A stretch of DNA of 64,000 bases from Mayamaea pseudoterrestris (Eukaryota), in NCBI GenBank assembly GCA_027923505.1, contig BROI01000003.1, forward strand, positions 248,001 to 312,000, read 5' to 3'. Position 1 is the first letter of the stretch; the number at the start of each line of letters is the position of its first letter. Below, piece by piece: positions 33,581-45,128 of this stretch. A program made the position numbers and the translations under genes. The notes under the pieces were generated by a model, which did not search any database, was not told where the DNA came from, and saw only the letters and a program-made list of their open reading frames with translations.

Positions 33581-34882
33581 ATGACATCTTCATCTCTACT
33601 GGTTTGCCGACTATACAGATCAATACTAAAGGCGTCAAAGCCATTTTGCGACAAAAACTCGCTCACTCAGGCCAAAGTCCTGACATGTTTACTGCATCGA
33701 ACTGGACGAGAGGATGAGAGTTGGGCGAGCTTCTTGAGGGAAACGTCAGACGACGACAATGAATATTCATCCGACGAAGACGAACAAATGAAGGAACCTC
33801 AGAGAGTTTTGTTTCGAAATTTGCTGCGTGAAGTTGTAGCTGGTTCATCGATACGGCAAATGCAGTGGCCCGTCTCGGTTGATGTGTCGTTGCTTGATTC
33901 CGTCATTCGACGCGAGTTTCGAGGCTCGAGCGAGTCAAAATCAGCTCAACACCCGCTAGCAACAAGACAAGCACTTGCATTCATGACTTTGGCGGCTTTG
34001 AACCAAAAGCTGGCCTGGTACGAAGCTCTCCGCGCCAAGGCACCGTTAGTCAGGCCCCAACAAGGGGCTGCCTACGTTTCACCTCTCCCACTGTCGCCGC
34101 CATCCTCCTACCTTCGACCTGGCGCTTATTTGATTGCACATCCACACATGACTGGCTACTTTCGACGGACAGTAATCTCTATATTGGATCACAAGGCCGA
34201 GCATGACAGCCCGGCCGGCTCGTATGGAACCTATGGTCTCATTGTCAATCGAACCCGCCTTTCGCCTCAAACACACAAGGGTTTGACGCTGGAGGAAGTC
34301 CTGCGACCGCTACCTCACGATTTGGTGACATCCTTTGGCGGATCTACTGTCAGAGAAGGCGGCCCCGTGCACATGAGCCTGCAAATGCTTCATTCATTGA
34401 CTCCCGATCAGGAGGAACTTCGCATTGGAGGCAGTCCAATTTCCATGATTGGTAGTGATAAAGGTGACGATCAGCAAGCTGACCAATCTACCGTGACTTC
34501 TGCTCAGCGCTCCGATCGTGCCATTTACTACAAGGGCGACGTTTTGACGGCTGCCAATGCCGTCCTATCGGGTCGCTTGGATAGGGAGGATGTATCGTTC
34601 TTTGTTGGGGCATCGGCCTGGCAACCAGGCCAGCTGGACAGTGAAGTGGAACGCGGATTTTGGATGCCGGTCAGTGGTCCACCTGAGATTGCTCACTCCG
34701 GATCGTGCGAGCACGACTATGTCACTCCCGAAGGTGAAGCAAGGCCTCTGGCGGATCTGTGGTTAAGCATGCTCTCGGCGTGCGGACCGGCGGAAGCAGA
34801 GCTTGCGCATTTGATGTCAGTCGACGACGGAGAGAGCGAACTGGGAATGGCATGTGATGATGATGATGATTATGACTATTAG
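33581..34882 (+). CDS. DUF179 / AlgH-YqgE (UPF0301) domain protein
   Basis: GAYLIAHP..YFRRTVI..DH..YGLIVNR..EGGPV..FFVGASAWQPGQLDSEVERGFW. Confidence 0.85.
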   Translation: MTSSSLLVCRLYRSILKASKPFCDKNSLTQAKVLTCLLHRTGREDESWASFLRETSDDDNEYSSDEDEQMKEPQRVLFRNLLREVVAGSSIRQMQWPVSVDVSLLDSVIRREFRGSSESKSAQHPLATRQALAFMTLAALNQKLAWYEALRAKAPLVRPQQGAAYVSPLPLSPPSSYLRPGAYLIAHPHMTGYFRRTVISILDHKAEHDSPAGSYGTYGLIVNRTRLSPQTHKGLTLEEVLRPLPHDLVTSFGGSTVREGGPVHMSLQMLHSLTPDQEELRIGGSPISMIGSDKGDDQQADQSTVTSAQRSDRAIYYKGDVLTAANAVLSGRLDREDVSFFVGASAWQPGQLDSEVERGFWMPVSGPPEIAHSGSCEHDYVTPEGEARPLADLWLSMLSACGPAEAELAHLMSVDDGESELGMACDDDDDYDY

Positions 34883-35083
34883 CACTTTCTATAGCGTGCT
34901 TGTCCGCGTGGCCTGCATCTTCACATGAAAGGAACCTCATCATCATCTGCAAATCCATCTCACCGGTTCTCACGAGACCTCGTCCTAGGTTCGCATCGAA
35001 CGAGACGACGATGATCCAACGTGATGCGTCCATGCGGATACAAGAAGTGATCCGGCGAACCAGTTCCATCTCGCACCAGTATA

Positions 35084-37445
35084 ATGCAGTCTACTAAAAG
35101 TGAAGATATGACGGCGATGGTGATGCAAGATACCAATGGAGACTATGAGCTTGAGCTTGATCATAACCTGAACGATTCGTCGTCGTCGGCCGCCGCTGCA
35201 CATCGCAATCAACATTATGTGTCTGGCGTGGAGCAAATTGAACGTATAGAGGAAGGTTATGTCCAAAAGGAAACACAAAAGCGCTTTAATGATCCATCCG
35301 AAGCCTTTTCTACTCCATCTCAGGACGGACATTCGCTTGAATGGACGAACATCTCCATGACAACGATTCCACCGAAAGCCAAGGTTGACGGCCGACGCAT
35401 TCTTGAAAATGTATGGGGACGATGCCCGAGTGGAAAGGTGACAGCAGTAATGGGGCCGTCTGGTAGTGGAAAGACATCGTTGTTGAACGTTTTGTCGGGT
35501 CGCATGACGAGCAAAAGGACCAAAAGCGTCACCATTGATACCAAGAACAACATTCTTTGGAATAACTACTTGGTGGATCCAGCGTCCATATACTTCCGCA
35601 AGACGATTGCTTTTGTTGCGCAGGATGATTCGCTTTTAGATACTGGTGCGTGCAGTTCTGTGAGTGATGGCTGTTACGCGCTATTTAATCATTAATTATC
35701 CACTCACCTTCTTATACTTGCGAAACGCATAGCTACACCGCGCGAAGCAATCGCTTTCTCGGCCAAACTGCGTCTTCCTAAAACTACTACTGAAACGCAA
35801 ATCAAAGCAATTGTTACCGGCATGCTTCATGAGCTTAATTTACTTGACTGCGCAGACACCATGGTTGGAGGTGCCCTTGTCAAGGGCCTCAGCGGAGGCG
35901 AGCGCAAGCGAACAAGCGTGGGCGTTGAGCTTGTCACACGGCCTCGCATCATTTTTATGGATGAACCAACAAGCGGCCTCGACTCGTTTAATGCATTGGA
36001 ACTGATACAAGTTTTGCGCAAGGTCGCCAAGACAGGATCGTCCGTTTTGCTGACGATTCATCAGCCATCGTCGCAAATCTTCTCCGCCATTGATCGACTA
36101 ATCTTACTCAAAGCTGGACGAGTCATGTACGGTGGTCTCGTGAAGAATGTTCCACGATATTTTGCCAAGCGAGGTCATCCGATTCCTGAGCACCATAACC
36201 CGGCTGATGAAATTATTTTTATTGCACAGACCCAGTCGGTCGAGACATTGGAACGCCAAGGCTTTTTCCATCGTCCGCCTGAGAATCCAAATGCTCCGAC
36301 AACAGGATTGGAAGATAACGACGATGCCCGGCGGTCCATCAAGAGCGCAGCAATGATTAACAAGCCAGGCTTTTTTGTCCAAGTGAAGCTCCTATTCCAA
36401 CGTGAGTTGCGCCACTTGGTGCGAAACAAGAAAGGGCTTCAAGCTCGAACGGGAATGACCCTTGTCGTGTCACTGCTGGGTGGTGCCATTTACTGGCAAG
36501 TTGCCGATTCGGACTTTTCGAACTTTATCAATGTTCAGAGCACTTTTGGAGGGCTTTTGCTTTCGTTGCTGGCCAATGTTTTCTCCGTGGCGTTGCCGTC
36601 GTTGATCTCCTTTGCTACAGAACGACCTGGTGCGTATAATTTTGGCAAGGGCTCCTGTGGGAATAGCATTTACTTTGACTAACCCGATCTCCGGTCGATT
36701 TTGCAGTTTTTGTCCGCGAGTACTCGACAAATCATTATCAAACAAGTTCTTATTTCCTCGCGGTAGGTTCAGTCAGTCCTTTCCATGTTTTATACATTTT
36801 TGGTAGCTTACATTGGGTTCTTTCGTTGTTGCAGCGATTCGTGACAGAGTTTCTAGTCACTGCCGGTCAAGTCATACTCAGCTCCATGCTGACATATACA
36901 ATGATGGGATTGAACGCTCGCTTTGGCGTCATCTGGGCCAGCCAGTACTTGCTTGCGTTGACGAGTACAGCTCTTGCCGTGCTTGTGGGTGCGACTGCCT
37001 CTGAGCCATCGCTGGCGATTGAGGTGAGTTGCCTATGAATACAGCTTTCTCGCGTCGCGGTCATGATGCACGGCAACTCACTTTGCTGTTGTCGCAGTTC
37101 GTTCCGCTTATATTTATGCCACAAATTCTGTTTGCAGGATTCTTTGTTCCACCAACTTTGATCCCAGTCTGGCTTCGATGGCTTACCTATGTTTTTCCTC
37201 TTGCGTATGCGACGAAAATTGTGCTTGTGGCCGAGTTTGATGGAGCTTGCGACGGCTTCGAGACGACTCAATCGAATCCAGACGGATCTACTACATCAAT
37301 CAACTACTGTGACCGAATCCTTTTAAACACGCAAGCTTACCCAGAAGATGTATGGTGGTATTGGCTGATCATTTGCGCGCAGTTTGTATTTTTCCGGCTT
37401 CTGGCTCTGTTCATGCTGCAAAAGAAGGCGTCAAAATTTTACTAA
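35084..37445 (+). CDS. ABCG (white-like) half transporter; introns 35646-35732, 36630-36706, 36763-36834, 37024-37097
   Basis: Walker A GPSGSGKT, FVAQDD, LSGGERKR, MDEPTSGLDS, TIHQPS; NBD-TMD order; ERP|VFVREY; frame-preserving GT-AG introns. Confidence 0.95.
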
Positions 37446-37686
37446 GTATTGCACACATTATATTGCACGCATTAAATTACTGAGTAGATTGACTATGAGA
37501 TGCTGCATGTGAAGTTCTCTCATCTAACAAGGCTCCCTGGGTCAGCGCGCATTAGCTAACGGTGCTTCGCGGTCTGACGTCGGTCCGGTACTGTCACACA
37601 TTCTTTGACGACGAAGACGATGCTGCAATCTGCAATACTACCAAGCCCCCACACATTCAATGGAAGCTTGATGCTATGATTAAACG

Positions 37687-39378
37687 ATGAAAATGTTGCA
37701 AGGCTTGATTGTAGTGTTTCTAACGACTTACTTTGTCGCCATATACTTACTACAGCGCGCCATGTTGAATTTCAATCCACCGGCGTCGCACGGGCCAAAC
37801 AACTCCTTTCATAAGCAGCTTCAAAGCAATAATACTAGCACAATCAGCACCTTTCAAATAAACAAAAGTAGGCGATATGTTCGAAAGAGTGGACTCTGTC
37901 CAGTTTGTCAAATTGCGGAAACTGGTGACAAGCGGGTACCGACCTGTGAGAATGCTGTCCGCCGATACCTTGCCAAGAACAATGCGACGGAACTTGAAGC
38001 TTTGAATGAAATTTCTTCCAAGTACAAGCCATGCCAACTCGCTTGTAGTATACCATGCTCTGACTCTGATCGATCGACTCGGATATTTTGGCGCTTGGAC
38101 GATATTGCACCACCCATAATACACGGTCGGACCTACTACTTGCAATCGGTTCCCGACAAGCATCGAATACCAAAGGCAGCACTTGCAGATTTAGATTCCT
38201 ACTTTGCGAGAAAGGAGAATGTATATCCTCAGCGTAGCTATTTTTTCGAGTACAATCCAAGTATTGTAAAGATACCTGACGGCTGTCAGCTTCCAGTGTC
38301 CTTGGCCGAGAAGCCAGTCTATCTTGCTTCATTTCGCCTCGCAACAACACAACAATGCGTAACGGGATCAACGGAAATGACAATGTTCGGTGGTTCCTAT
38401 CCATATCCAGCTGATGACAATGCACTAGGGATTGCATTGCTGCGGGCGGACTTGAGTGTCATATCTGATGTAGCGGTCAACATGAAGGCCATTGACAGCT
38501 ACGTCCAAGATTATCGTGTGTTTGCATTCGACAATCAGCTGTACTTGTCATCTCATTACTTCATGAGACCCTTTTGGCTAGTGCCTCCAACTGGTCCAGC
38601 GCGCAGCGGCACAGTAAAGCTTAAGCACAAATTTGACGATAATGGCCAACACTCGTTTGACTTTTACATTCGCGAAGCACCTTCCTGCACCCGCTACAAG
38701 GAAGGCAAGCGGAACGGAAAGAACTTGAACTTTTTCATGGATCAGAAAACAAATGAGACAATGATGGAGTTACTACCCATGGGTCCCAAAATTCGCATCG
38801 ACTTGAGCGAGCCATGCAACTACACTGCCGAACCGCAGGAGCCACATATATTGCCTCCAGCTGACTCTGCGTTGGAGGCCACCTTTCGAACAATGGAGGA
38901 ACGATTCTACGGCGATGCTGTACTCTTCATGAGTGATCGAGGCAGTGCTTGCTGTGTATCGTTTCCAGATCCCCGCGACAAAGCCGGTCCACCATTGCTA
39001 CTTGGAATATCCCATACAAAGACACTTCGAGGACCCGTTGAGGGCTTTGGAAGTCAATATGCATCGAGATTCTACGCCATGGAATCTGTCAGTCCATACA
39101 AAGTCGTTGCATTTACTGGTCGGTTCTGTTTTGGATTCCCCAATGAGCAGGAACAGGACAACCCATATGCGCGCCTCAATTTGCGTTCATTATTCATGGG
39201 TGAGCCTAATGATTGCCCCCGCATTCATTTCGTGAGTGGAATGCTGGAAACGGACGACGACCCATCGCAGCTGGTGATTGCGTACGGCGTCAACGATTGT
39301 GCTCCACGAATCGTTCAAGTGCAGAAGGAATATGTCATACGATTACTATTTCCTACAAGTGATATGGAGCTGAAATAG
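37687..39378 (+). CDS. Type II membrane protein, putative five-bladed propeller glycan-active enzyme (GH130/GT91-like)
   Basis: N-terminal TM anchor; YNPSIV, QDYRVF, GKNLNFF and YGVNDC resemble the NPS / EDxR / KNW / YGxxD pattern of that fold. Confidence 0.5.
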   Translation: MKMLQGLIVVFLTTYFVAIYLLQRAMLNFNPPASHGPNNSFHKQLQSNNTSTISTFQINKSRRYVRKSGLCPVCQIAETGDKRVPTCENAVRRYLAKNNATELEALNEISSKYKPCQLACSIPCSDSDRSTRIFWRLDDIAPPIIHGRTYYLQSVPDKHRIPKAALADLDSYFARKENVYPQRSYFFEYNPSIVKIPDGCQLPVSLAEKPVYLASFRLATTQQCVTGSTEMTMFGGSYPYPADDNALGIALLRADLSVISDVAVNMKAIDSYVQDYRVFAFDNQLYLSSHYFMRPFWLVPPTGPARSGTVKLKHKFDDNGQHSFDFYIREAPSCTRYKEGKRNGKNLNFFMDQKTNETMMELLPMGPKIRIDLSEPCNYTAEPQEPHILPPADSALEATFRTMEERFYGDAVLFMSDRGSACCVSFPDPRDKAGPPLLLGISHTKTLRGPVEGFGSQYASRFYAMESVSPYKVVAFTGRFCFGFPNEQEQDNPYARLNLRSLFMGEPNDCPRIHFVSGMLETDDDPSQLVIAYGVNDCAPRIVQVQKEYVIRLLFPTSDMELK

Positions 39379-39537
39379 CAAATTTTCAGGGATGGCATTT
39401 TACGTGCTGGCCTTACCTTGATTCGATTGAAATGGCATGTATAGCTAAAGGGTGCTTCGAAACCCGGACATGGGGTACGTCATTCGTTTCGCGCTCACTT
39501 CTTTTCGCGATCCGTTTCTTCAGATCCAAGATCCACC

Positions 39538-41190
39538 ATGAAGCAACGGAGCGGGTCTATCCTTGTGACGACAACGGCATGTATCGCGTTAATTTATACA
39601 GGAGATGCCTTTACATCATGTCATCGGACGCTTCTGTATCCCAGGACAGTCCGCAACCATCCGTCAGTGACCTTTTACGATGCTTCCTTGCCGGTTGATT
39701 CCGCCGAAGTCGATAATAGTCCATCAACCTCGTCCGAGGCAACAACATCTTTGAGCTCGTCGAATGAGAAACCAATTCGCGGAAGCAAACGAAGCATGAT
39801 GAAATTTGCCGTTCCGGCGCTCGGAATCTTCTTGGCGTCTCCACTCCTGAGCAACATTGACAATGCGTTTGTCGGCAGAACGGTCGGATCTGCGGGTTTG
39901 GCGGCACTGTCACCAGGAACCATATGCACAGATACGTTGCTATATCTCTTTTCATTTCTCAGCCGAGCTACCACCGGAATTGTATCACGAGCGTTCGCCG
40001 CAGAGGATGAGGAAACTACGGAAGGAAACATTGATGCGGCGCGCGAAGCTGCGTCGGCTCCGTTGTCTGTTGCCCTCATTAGCGGAGTGATTTTGTCATG
40101 CCTCTATGCATACTTTACACCCAATCTATTGGAAATATTCAATGTTGATTTGGCTCTGCGAAAGGACGCTGCTTCGTATATCTACTGGAGAGGTGCGTTC
40201 ACGTGGGCAGCTCTCTTTCAAAGCATTGCGTTGACTGTCTTGCTCGCGACCCGAGATGCCATAACACCATTGAAGATTGTTACCTTTGCAAGCGTGTTAA
40301 ACATTGTTGGTGACTATATGCTCTGCGTATGGCCAGTCAAGTGGGGATGTGCTGGAGCAGCAGCCGCAACTTCGGCTGCAACTTTGATCAGCAGTGGGTT
40401 CCTGCTGCAGGCCCTGAGGAAAAAGCGTCTGTTGCCAGCCATTCGATTTCCCAGCAGGAAGCAACTAGGCAGTCTGATGGAGTTCACCGGGCCGTTACTA
40501 GCGATTACATTGACGCGCATGGGTGGTTTAATAGCCATGCAAAAGAGTGCCATGGCGCTCGGTGTGCAATCACTTGCTGCTTATCAAATGTGCATCAACT
40601 TGGTCATTTTCTTCCTCTTGTTTGGTGAGCCGTTGTCGCAGCTTTCGCAGACCAAGCTTCCGTCTCTTGTTGACGCTGGTGACCGTGATGGAGTCAAAGC
40701 GACGCTCAAATCTGTTGGCACCTTGTCAGTCTTGGTAGCGGCCAGTGTCGGTGGCATTGCCTTTGCTTCACTGCAATGGTGTTCGGGATTGTTTTCCTCA
40801 GACCCCATTGTGCAGATGATGTCACGAAACGTTGCTCCAGCTGTCTTTATGACGGTGGTAGCATCTATAGCATCAGTCGCTATCGATGGCGCCATGCTTG
40901 GTACGTGGGACAATGTGTATGGTGGGCACGTCTGAAAATGCCTACTGACTGATGTCTCATTTCTTATTCGTTGTTTGCTCTCACCAGCCTCCAGAGACTT
41001 TGGATTCATGCTGACTGTCGGACTTACGACATTTATTGCACAGCTTGGTATGCTAAGGCATAGCACGTCGTTGAGTTGGGTCTTTGGGTCATTCACCATG
41101 AGGCTAGGGATTTATAGCATTCTGGCTTTGGTGCGCGGAGCTCTCGGGTACGGCCCCATTGGCCGTATGCTGAAAAAGAAAACAACATAA
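39538..41190 (+). CDS. MATE-family transporter (DinF/EDS5-like), probably plastid; intron 40901-40987
   Basis: FAVPALG..SPLLSNIDNAFVG..LAALSPG; RDAITPL..LNIVGD; IDGAML|ASRDF; GDA-F signal cleavage. Confidence 0.9.
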
Positions 41191-41378
41191 AATAATACGC
41201 ACTGGTAGCATTACAATACCAGAAGTTCCTGCCTTTGTCGAAGCACCGTAGCTGGTGAATGATAGACGTCACACTGGTACTGCAAAAATTGCGCGACGGC
41301 GCGCCATCAATCACTCGCACAACAAGCGTTTCCATTGCTTCTGTTGACGCCCATCATTTGCGGATACCTTTACATCAA

Positions 41379-42419
41379 ATGTCTGCTGCTGCCAACACTA
41401 GTGCGAGTGATGCATCGGGCAATGAAGATGTAGTGGACGAGGATGGTCTGCGTCGCTCGCTACGTGCTGCCATGCAGTACGTTCAATCGAACGAACCGCT
41501 CGAAGCAACATACAAGCCCTTACTGCTGAATAGTGCCATTACTCAACGTCGACCTGTACTCGTCAAGGACAAGCTATACAAACGACTAGGAAGTCAGCTG
41601 CGTCCGCGCGTTGAAGCCTTTCTGCAGCAGACGCAGGGCAAGGATCCGTTTGATCGCATTGCGCAGCGACAACCACTCGGAAACGAAGAAATGCGAGCAG
41701 CCTTTACACTTCGGGATGCCAAGGAGCATGAGCAACAAACATTATTGGAAGTAACACTGGCGAGTATGCCAAGACGAAATGGAATGGACCAGGAGACGCG
41801 TATGAAATACTTTGATGCCGTCGCCAAGGGATTGCAGAACAAGAAACCGCCGTCCACCTTTCGAGCGGCACCAGCAATAGCTTCCACCATTAGTGCGGCG
41901 GAGCAAACGGAGCAAGCCATTAAGAAAGCTGAATTGGAGCGAGAACGAGACTTGGCACGCCGAAGAGAGGAAGCTCGTCGTGAACGAGAGGAGGCTGAGC
42001 GACGAGTTCGTGATGGCGAGCAACAAAAGCGTAGAAGAGTCGAAACACCAAAGCAAGCCTTGCATCAATTATACTATCCACTATTTAAGGCACTATGGGA
42101 TACAGAGTTTCCGCAGTTGGGAGGAATTAATCCGTTTCGAATCGTCATTGATCGCGAAAACTGCGCCGCCGTCGGAGCACCGGATTACTTTTCGGTCATT
42201 ACAACTCCAATGAACTTGACTTACATTCAGCAAAAGGTGGATAATATGGAATACGACGTCTTGGCAGAATTCTTTGCAGACATTGATTTAATGATTAAGA
42301 ATTGCCTTCTTTACAATAGCGATCCCAAGAATCCCTACCACCAAGCAGCGCTGGAGCTCAAGAAGAAGTACATGCGCCTCGGCAAGAGTCTCGTCAAGAA
42401 GGTCAAGGGTAGAAAGTAA
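41379..42419 (+). CDS. Bromodomain-containing protein
   Basis: NPF..APDYFSVITTPMNLTYIQQKV..Y..F..DI.LMIKNCLLYN, preceded by a coiled coil. Confidence 0.88.
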   Translation: MSAAANTSASDASGNEDVVDEDGLRRSLRAAMQYVQSNEPLEATYKPLLLNSAITQRRPVLVKDKLYKRLGSQLRPRVEAFLQQTQGKDPFDRIAQRQPLGNEEMRAAFTLRDAKEHEQQTLLEVTLASMPRRNGMDQETRMKYFDAVAKGLQNKKPPSTFRAAPAIASTISAAEQTEQAIKKAELERERDLARRREEARREREEAERRVRDGEQQKRRRVETPKQALHQLYYPLFKALWDTEFPQLGGINPFRIVIDRENCAAVGAPDYFSVITTPMNLTYIQQKVDNMEYDVLAEFFADIDLMIKNCLLYNSDPKNPYHQAALELKKKYMRLGKSLVKKVKGRK

Positions 42420-42574
42420 TTATTTGATGTTATAAATGTCCGGTCAATGTTCATGTAGATCTGTTATCATCGGCATTCGTGCTTGACGAAAGGCACCAAC
42501 AGTGCATAACGCTCACGCCGTCCGTGCCATCGTCAACTGCATAGTTTCAAGTCCATTATGCTATCTCGCTCATA

Positions 42575-43483
42575 TCATAATACTCTTGCCTGCGGATGAG
42601 GCCAATCTTGTCGCTTTGTTTTGGAAAGCTTGACCAGTAATCGTTTGTTTCCCTTGGCCACTGACGTTTTGACAGTCACCACAGCGGCATATAGAGCTCG
42701 AATATGCAAGCGATACTCAACGTCAGTGCTCGTCGTCAGCGTCACCAATAGTCCCTTTTCCGTTAGTTCGCTTCGGTGGTCCAAGACTTGCAAGTCCCTC
42801 CAAGCAACCAAGTCACCATTCGGGAGTGGCAGTTGGTCAATACGAATGGTGCCAATCGTTGGCGTGTCGTCCCACAAGTATTTTGAAATAGGTATTATGG
42901 TTCGACTTGCTTTTTGAAGCTGCTCATCCTTCATTTGATCGTCGTTTGCGTCAGCGTTTGCAGCATGCGACTCTTGTGAATCGCTGCAAGCTGCAACTGG
43001 CTCCTCCAGCGATACCGCACTCCCATTTCGACTTAGCAACCGTGGACCATTCATGGTATAATCCTCCATGCGCAGTCCATCCTTGTAGCCTCCCGACGTT
43101 TTGGAATTGTTGTGAGCGTAATAGTAGCTTGATCCAAAGGGTTTCGCTTCTCCGGCGCCCGCCTTGTGGTTGAGTGAGGCTGGCGCCACTCCCTTGGCGA
43201 TGCGTTCCGCCCACACATCGACCGGTGCAGTACAAGATGTTACCGAAGGTGCAGGAGCAGCAGAAGATGATTTCGTATTGAATTGGCCTTGGCTCATCTT
43301 CTTGTCCCTCTTTTCCGGCTCCTCTAGCAATTGCTGCTTAATACACGATGAAAATGACGGTCGCTGGCGACGAAGGGCAAACGTTGACAAAACAAGGACT
43401 ATCAGTGCGACGAGAACGGCTGCTTCCGTAAGCGAGTACTCCAAATCCACGCCTTTCAACATATCCAGTAACGAGGTAGGCAT
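42575..43483 (-). CDS. CS (p23/CacyBP-like) domain protein with an N-terminal TM segment
   Basis: SSYYYAH motif; ISKYLWDD..Y.L.I..LY..V....K..RLLVKLSK...W. Confidence 0.65.
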   Translation of the reverse strand: MPTSLLDMLKGVDLEYSLTEAAVLVALIVLVLSTFALRRQRPSFSSCIKQQLLEEPEKRDKKMSQGQFNTKSSSAAPAPSVTSCTAPVDVWAERIAKGVAPASLNHKAGAGEAKPFGSSYYYAHNNSKTSGGYKDGLRMEDYTMNGPRLLSRNGSAVSLEEPVAACSDSQESHAANADANDDQMKDEQLQKASRTIIPISKYLWDDTPTIGTIRIDQLPLPNGDLVAWRDLQVLDHRSELTEKGLLVTLTTSTDVEYRLHIRALYAAVVTVKTSVAKGNKRLLVKLSKTKRQDWPHPQARVL

Positions 43484-43781
43484 GGTACAAGCATTTGCAT
43501 CAGACGATCAATGCCAAAGAGGCATCGATTTTAAAAATTGTCGGCTCGTGGCGATGTCACAGTCAGTAACGATACGAGATGACAATTTAGCTACTGTACC
43601 TTTACCGGTATGCGATGCTGGGGGTCGCATCATCTATAACATAACATACTTTTAACATCATCATTTGCAAACAAAACGTATGTTATTCAAGTTAATCTTC
43701 GCCGTCATTCTCTCTTCTAGCCTGCAGCGTCGTGGAATCCGACTCGAATCCGGCGTCCTCGCGTCTTCTCCAACAACGACT

Positions 43782-44822
43782 CTACTTTTCGCTTGCTACA
43801 TTGAACAGACACGGCATGGCGTCAAAGGTATGCGGTGGAGGAAGACTATCCTCCTTGCTCAATTCCTCCGCCGGCACATTGTTTCGCTCAAAGATGCAAA
43901 TGTGCATCTCGCAGTGCACACTCTGCATGAACTTGTGAATCGTTGGAAAGCACAATTGATCCGGACTAGCTGGATCACCGCAGTAGTGAACATCCTTGAA
44001 CACTTGCGGCAAAAAGTGTTTGCGAAAGTCAACCGCATTGGATAAAGCAATCGGTTCAATGTCTTCCATCACCAGCAAACCACCTGGCTCCAGGCGCGGA
44101 AACCAGAAAAAGACCGACTTGGCCATGTGCTCGGAGATGTGTGAGCCATCGTCAATGACCAGCTTGAGTGGAGGTGCGTTGGGAGACTGGCGCATGTCGC
44201 GCCACACGCGCACGAGAGTATCGTAGTCGGTGGCGTCACCGCAGTGGAGACGGTTCGAGTCAATGAGTTGCTGGTAGTTTTCATGCTCGGTGCAAAGATT
44301 TTCAAACGGCCACTTGCCTTCCTCTCTCGGTCCAGGTGGGAGGCAGGAGATTTCTAGCGAGTGCACCTCCGCCTTGGGCATGAATTGTTTGAAGGCATCG
44401 TGGCCATGTCCCCTCTGAAAGCCAATTTCCAGCATTTGAAACGGCTCGACATTGTTTCCGGAGAGCAGTGGTCCAAGTCTCGCATTGTACATGGTATGGT
44501 AGTAGTGGTCGATTCCGGTGCGGCACTTTGGTTCCGCCATGGCCGGCTGTTGGCATTGCGTGATATTTTTCATGCATGCGTAAAAGCTACCGGGTCCTCT
44601 CACCTTGTCGGTGCCAGTTGTGAGACCAATCGCTTCAAAGTCGAAACCTCGTTGATATGATGAATGTTTGTTCAGCGTGACTGCCGGCGGATCGGCGGAG
44701 CGTAGATTGCGGCTGCGGGTGTGAACGGTCAACATTGCGATTGTAACAATCAGCAGGATTGGGATTGCAATCCATCCCTTGCCGTAGCTAGGGCTAGGAT
44801 GTCGTGAGAATGTTTTTGTCAT
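43782..44822 (-). CDS. Type II membrane SAM-dependent O-methyltransferase-like protein (MycE/TylE-like)
   Basis: GTDK..HYY..Y..MLEIG..LVIDDGSH..FPRLEPGGLLVMEDI. Confidence 0.75.
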   Translation of the reverse strand: MTKTFSRHPSPSYGKGWIAIPILLIVTIAMLTVHTRSRNLRSADPPAVTLNKHSSYQRGFDFEAIGLTTGTDKVRGPGSFYACMKNITQCQQPAMAEPKCRTGIDHYYHTMYNARLGPLLSGNNVEPFQMLEIGFQRGHGHDAFKQFMPKAEVHSLEISCLPPGPREEGKWPFENLCTEHENYQQLIDSNRLHCGDATDYDTLVRVWRDMRQSPNAPPLKLVIDDGSHISEHMAKSVFFWFPRLEPGGLLVMEDIEPIALSNAVDFRKHFLPQVFKDVHYCGDPASPDQLCFPTIHKFMQSVHCEMHICIFERNNVPAEELSKEDSLPPPHTFDAMPCLFNVASEK

Positions 44823-45128
44823 GGCTCAATCGTCGGAATGGTATGCTATCTTGTGAGATTTACTGCTCTTGGATCTCTTCCAGAAAAGTTTGGCGAGAGT
44901 TGTTGACGCACTTTGAGTCGATCGTTGGCCGACGAGTCGTTGGAAAGCCGGGCCCGCGCGCGTCTATTCAGTGGTGATGTGACAGACTTTTCAACTGGTT
45001 TTCAATAGTGCATCGCAAGAAAGTTGCGACTGGTCCCACAAAATACTGCATGGCATCAACGATGGATTTTGATACTGTACCAATGCTCCATGTAATCAAC
45101 AATTTGCAACTATCTCAGTGATCGCTTC

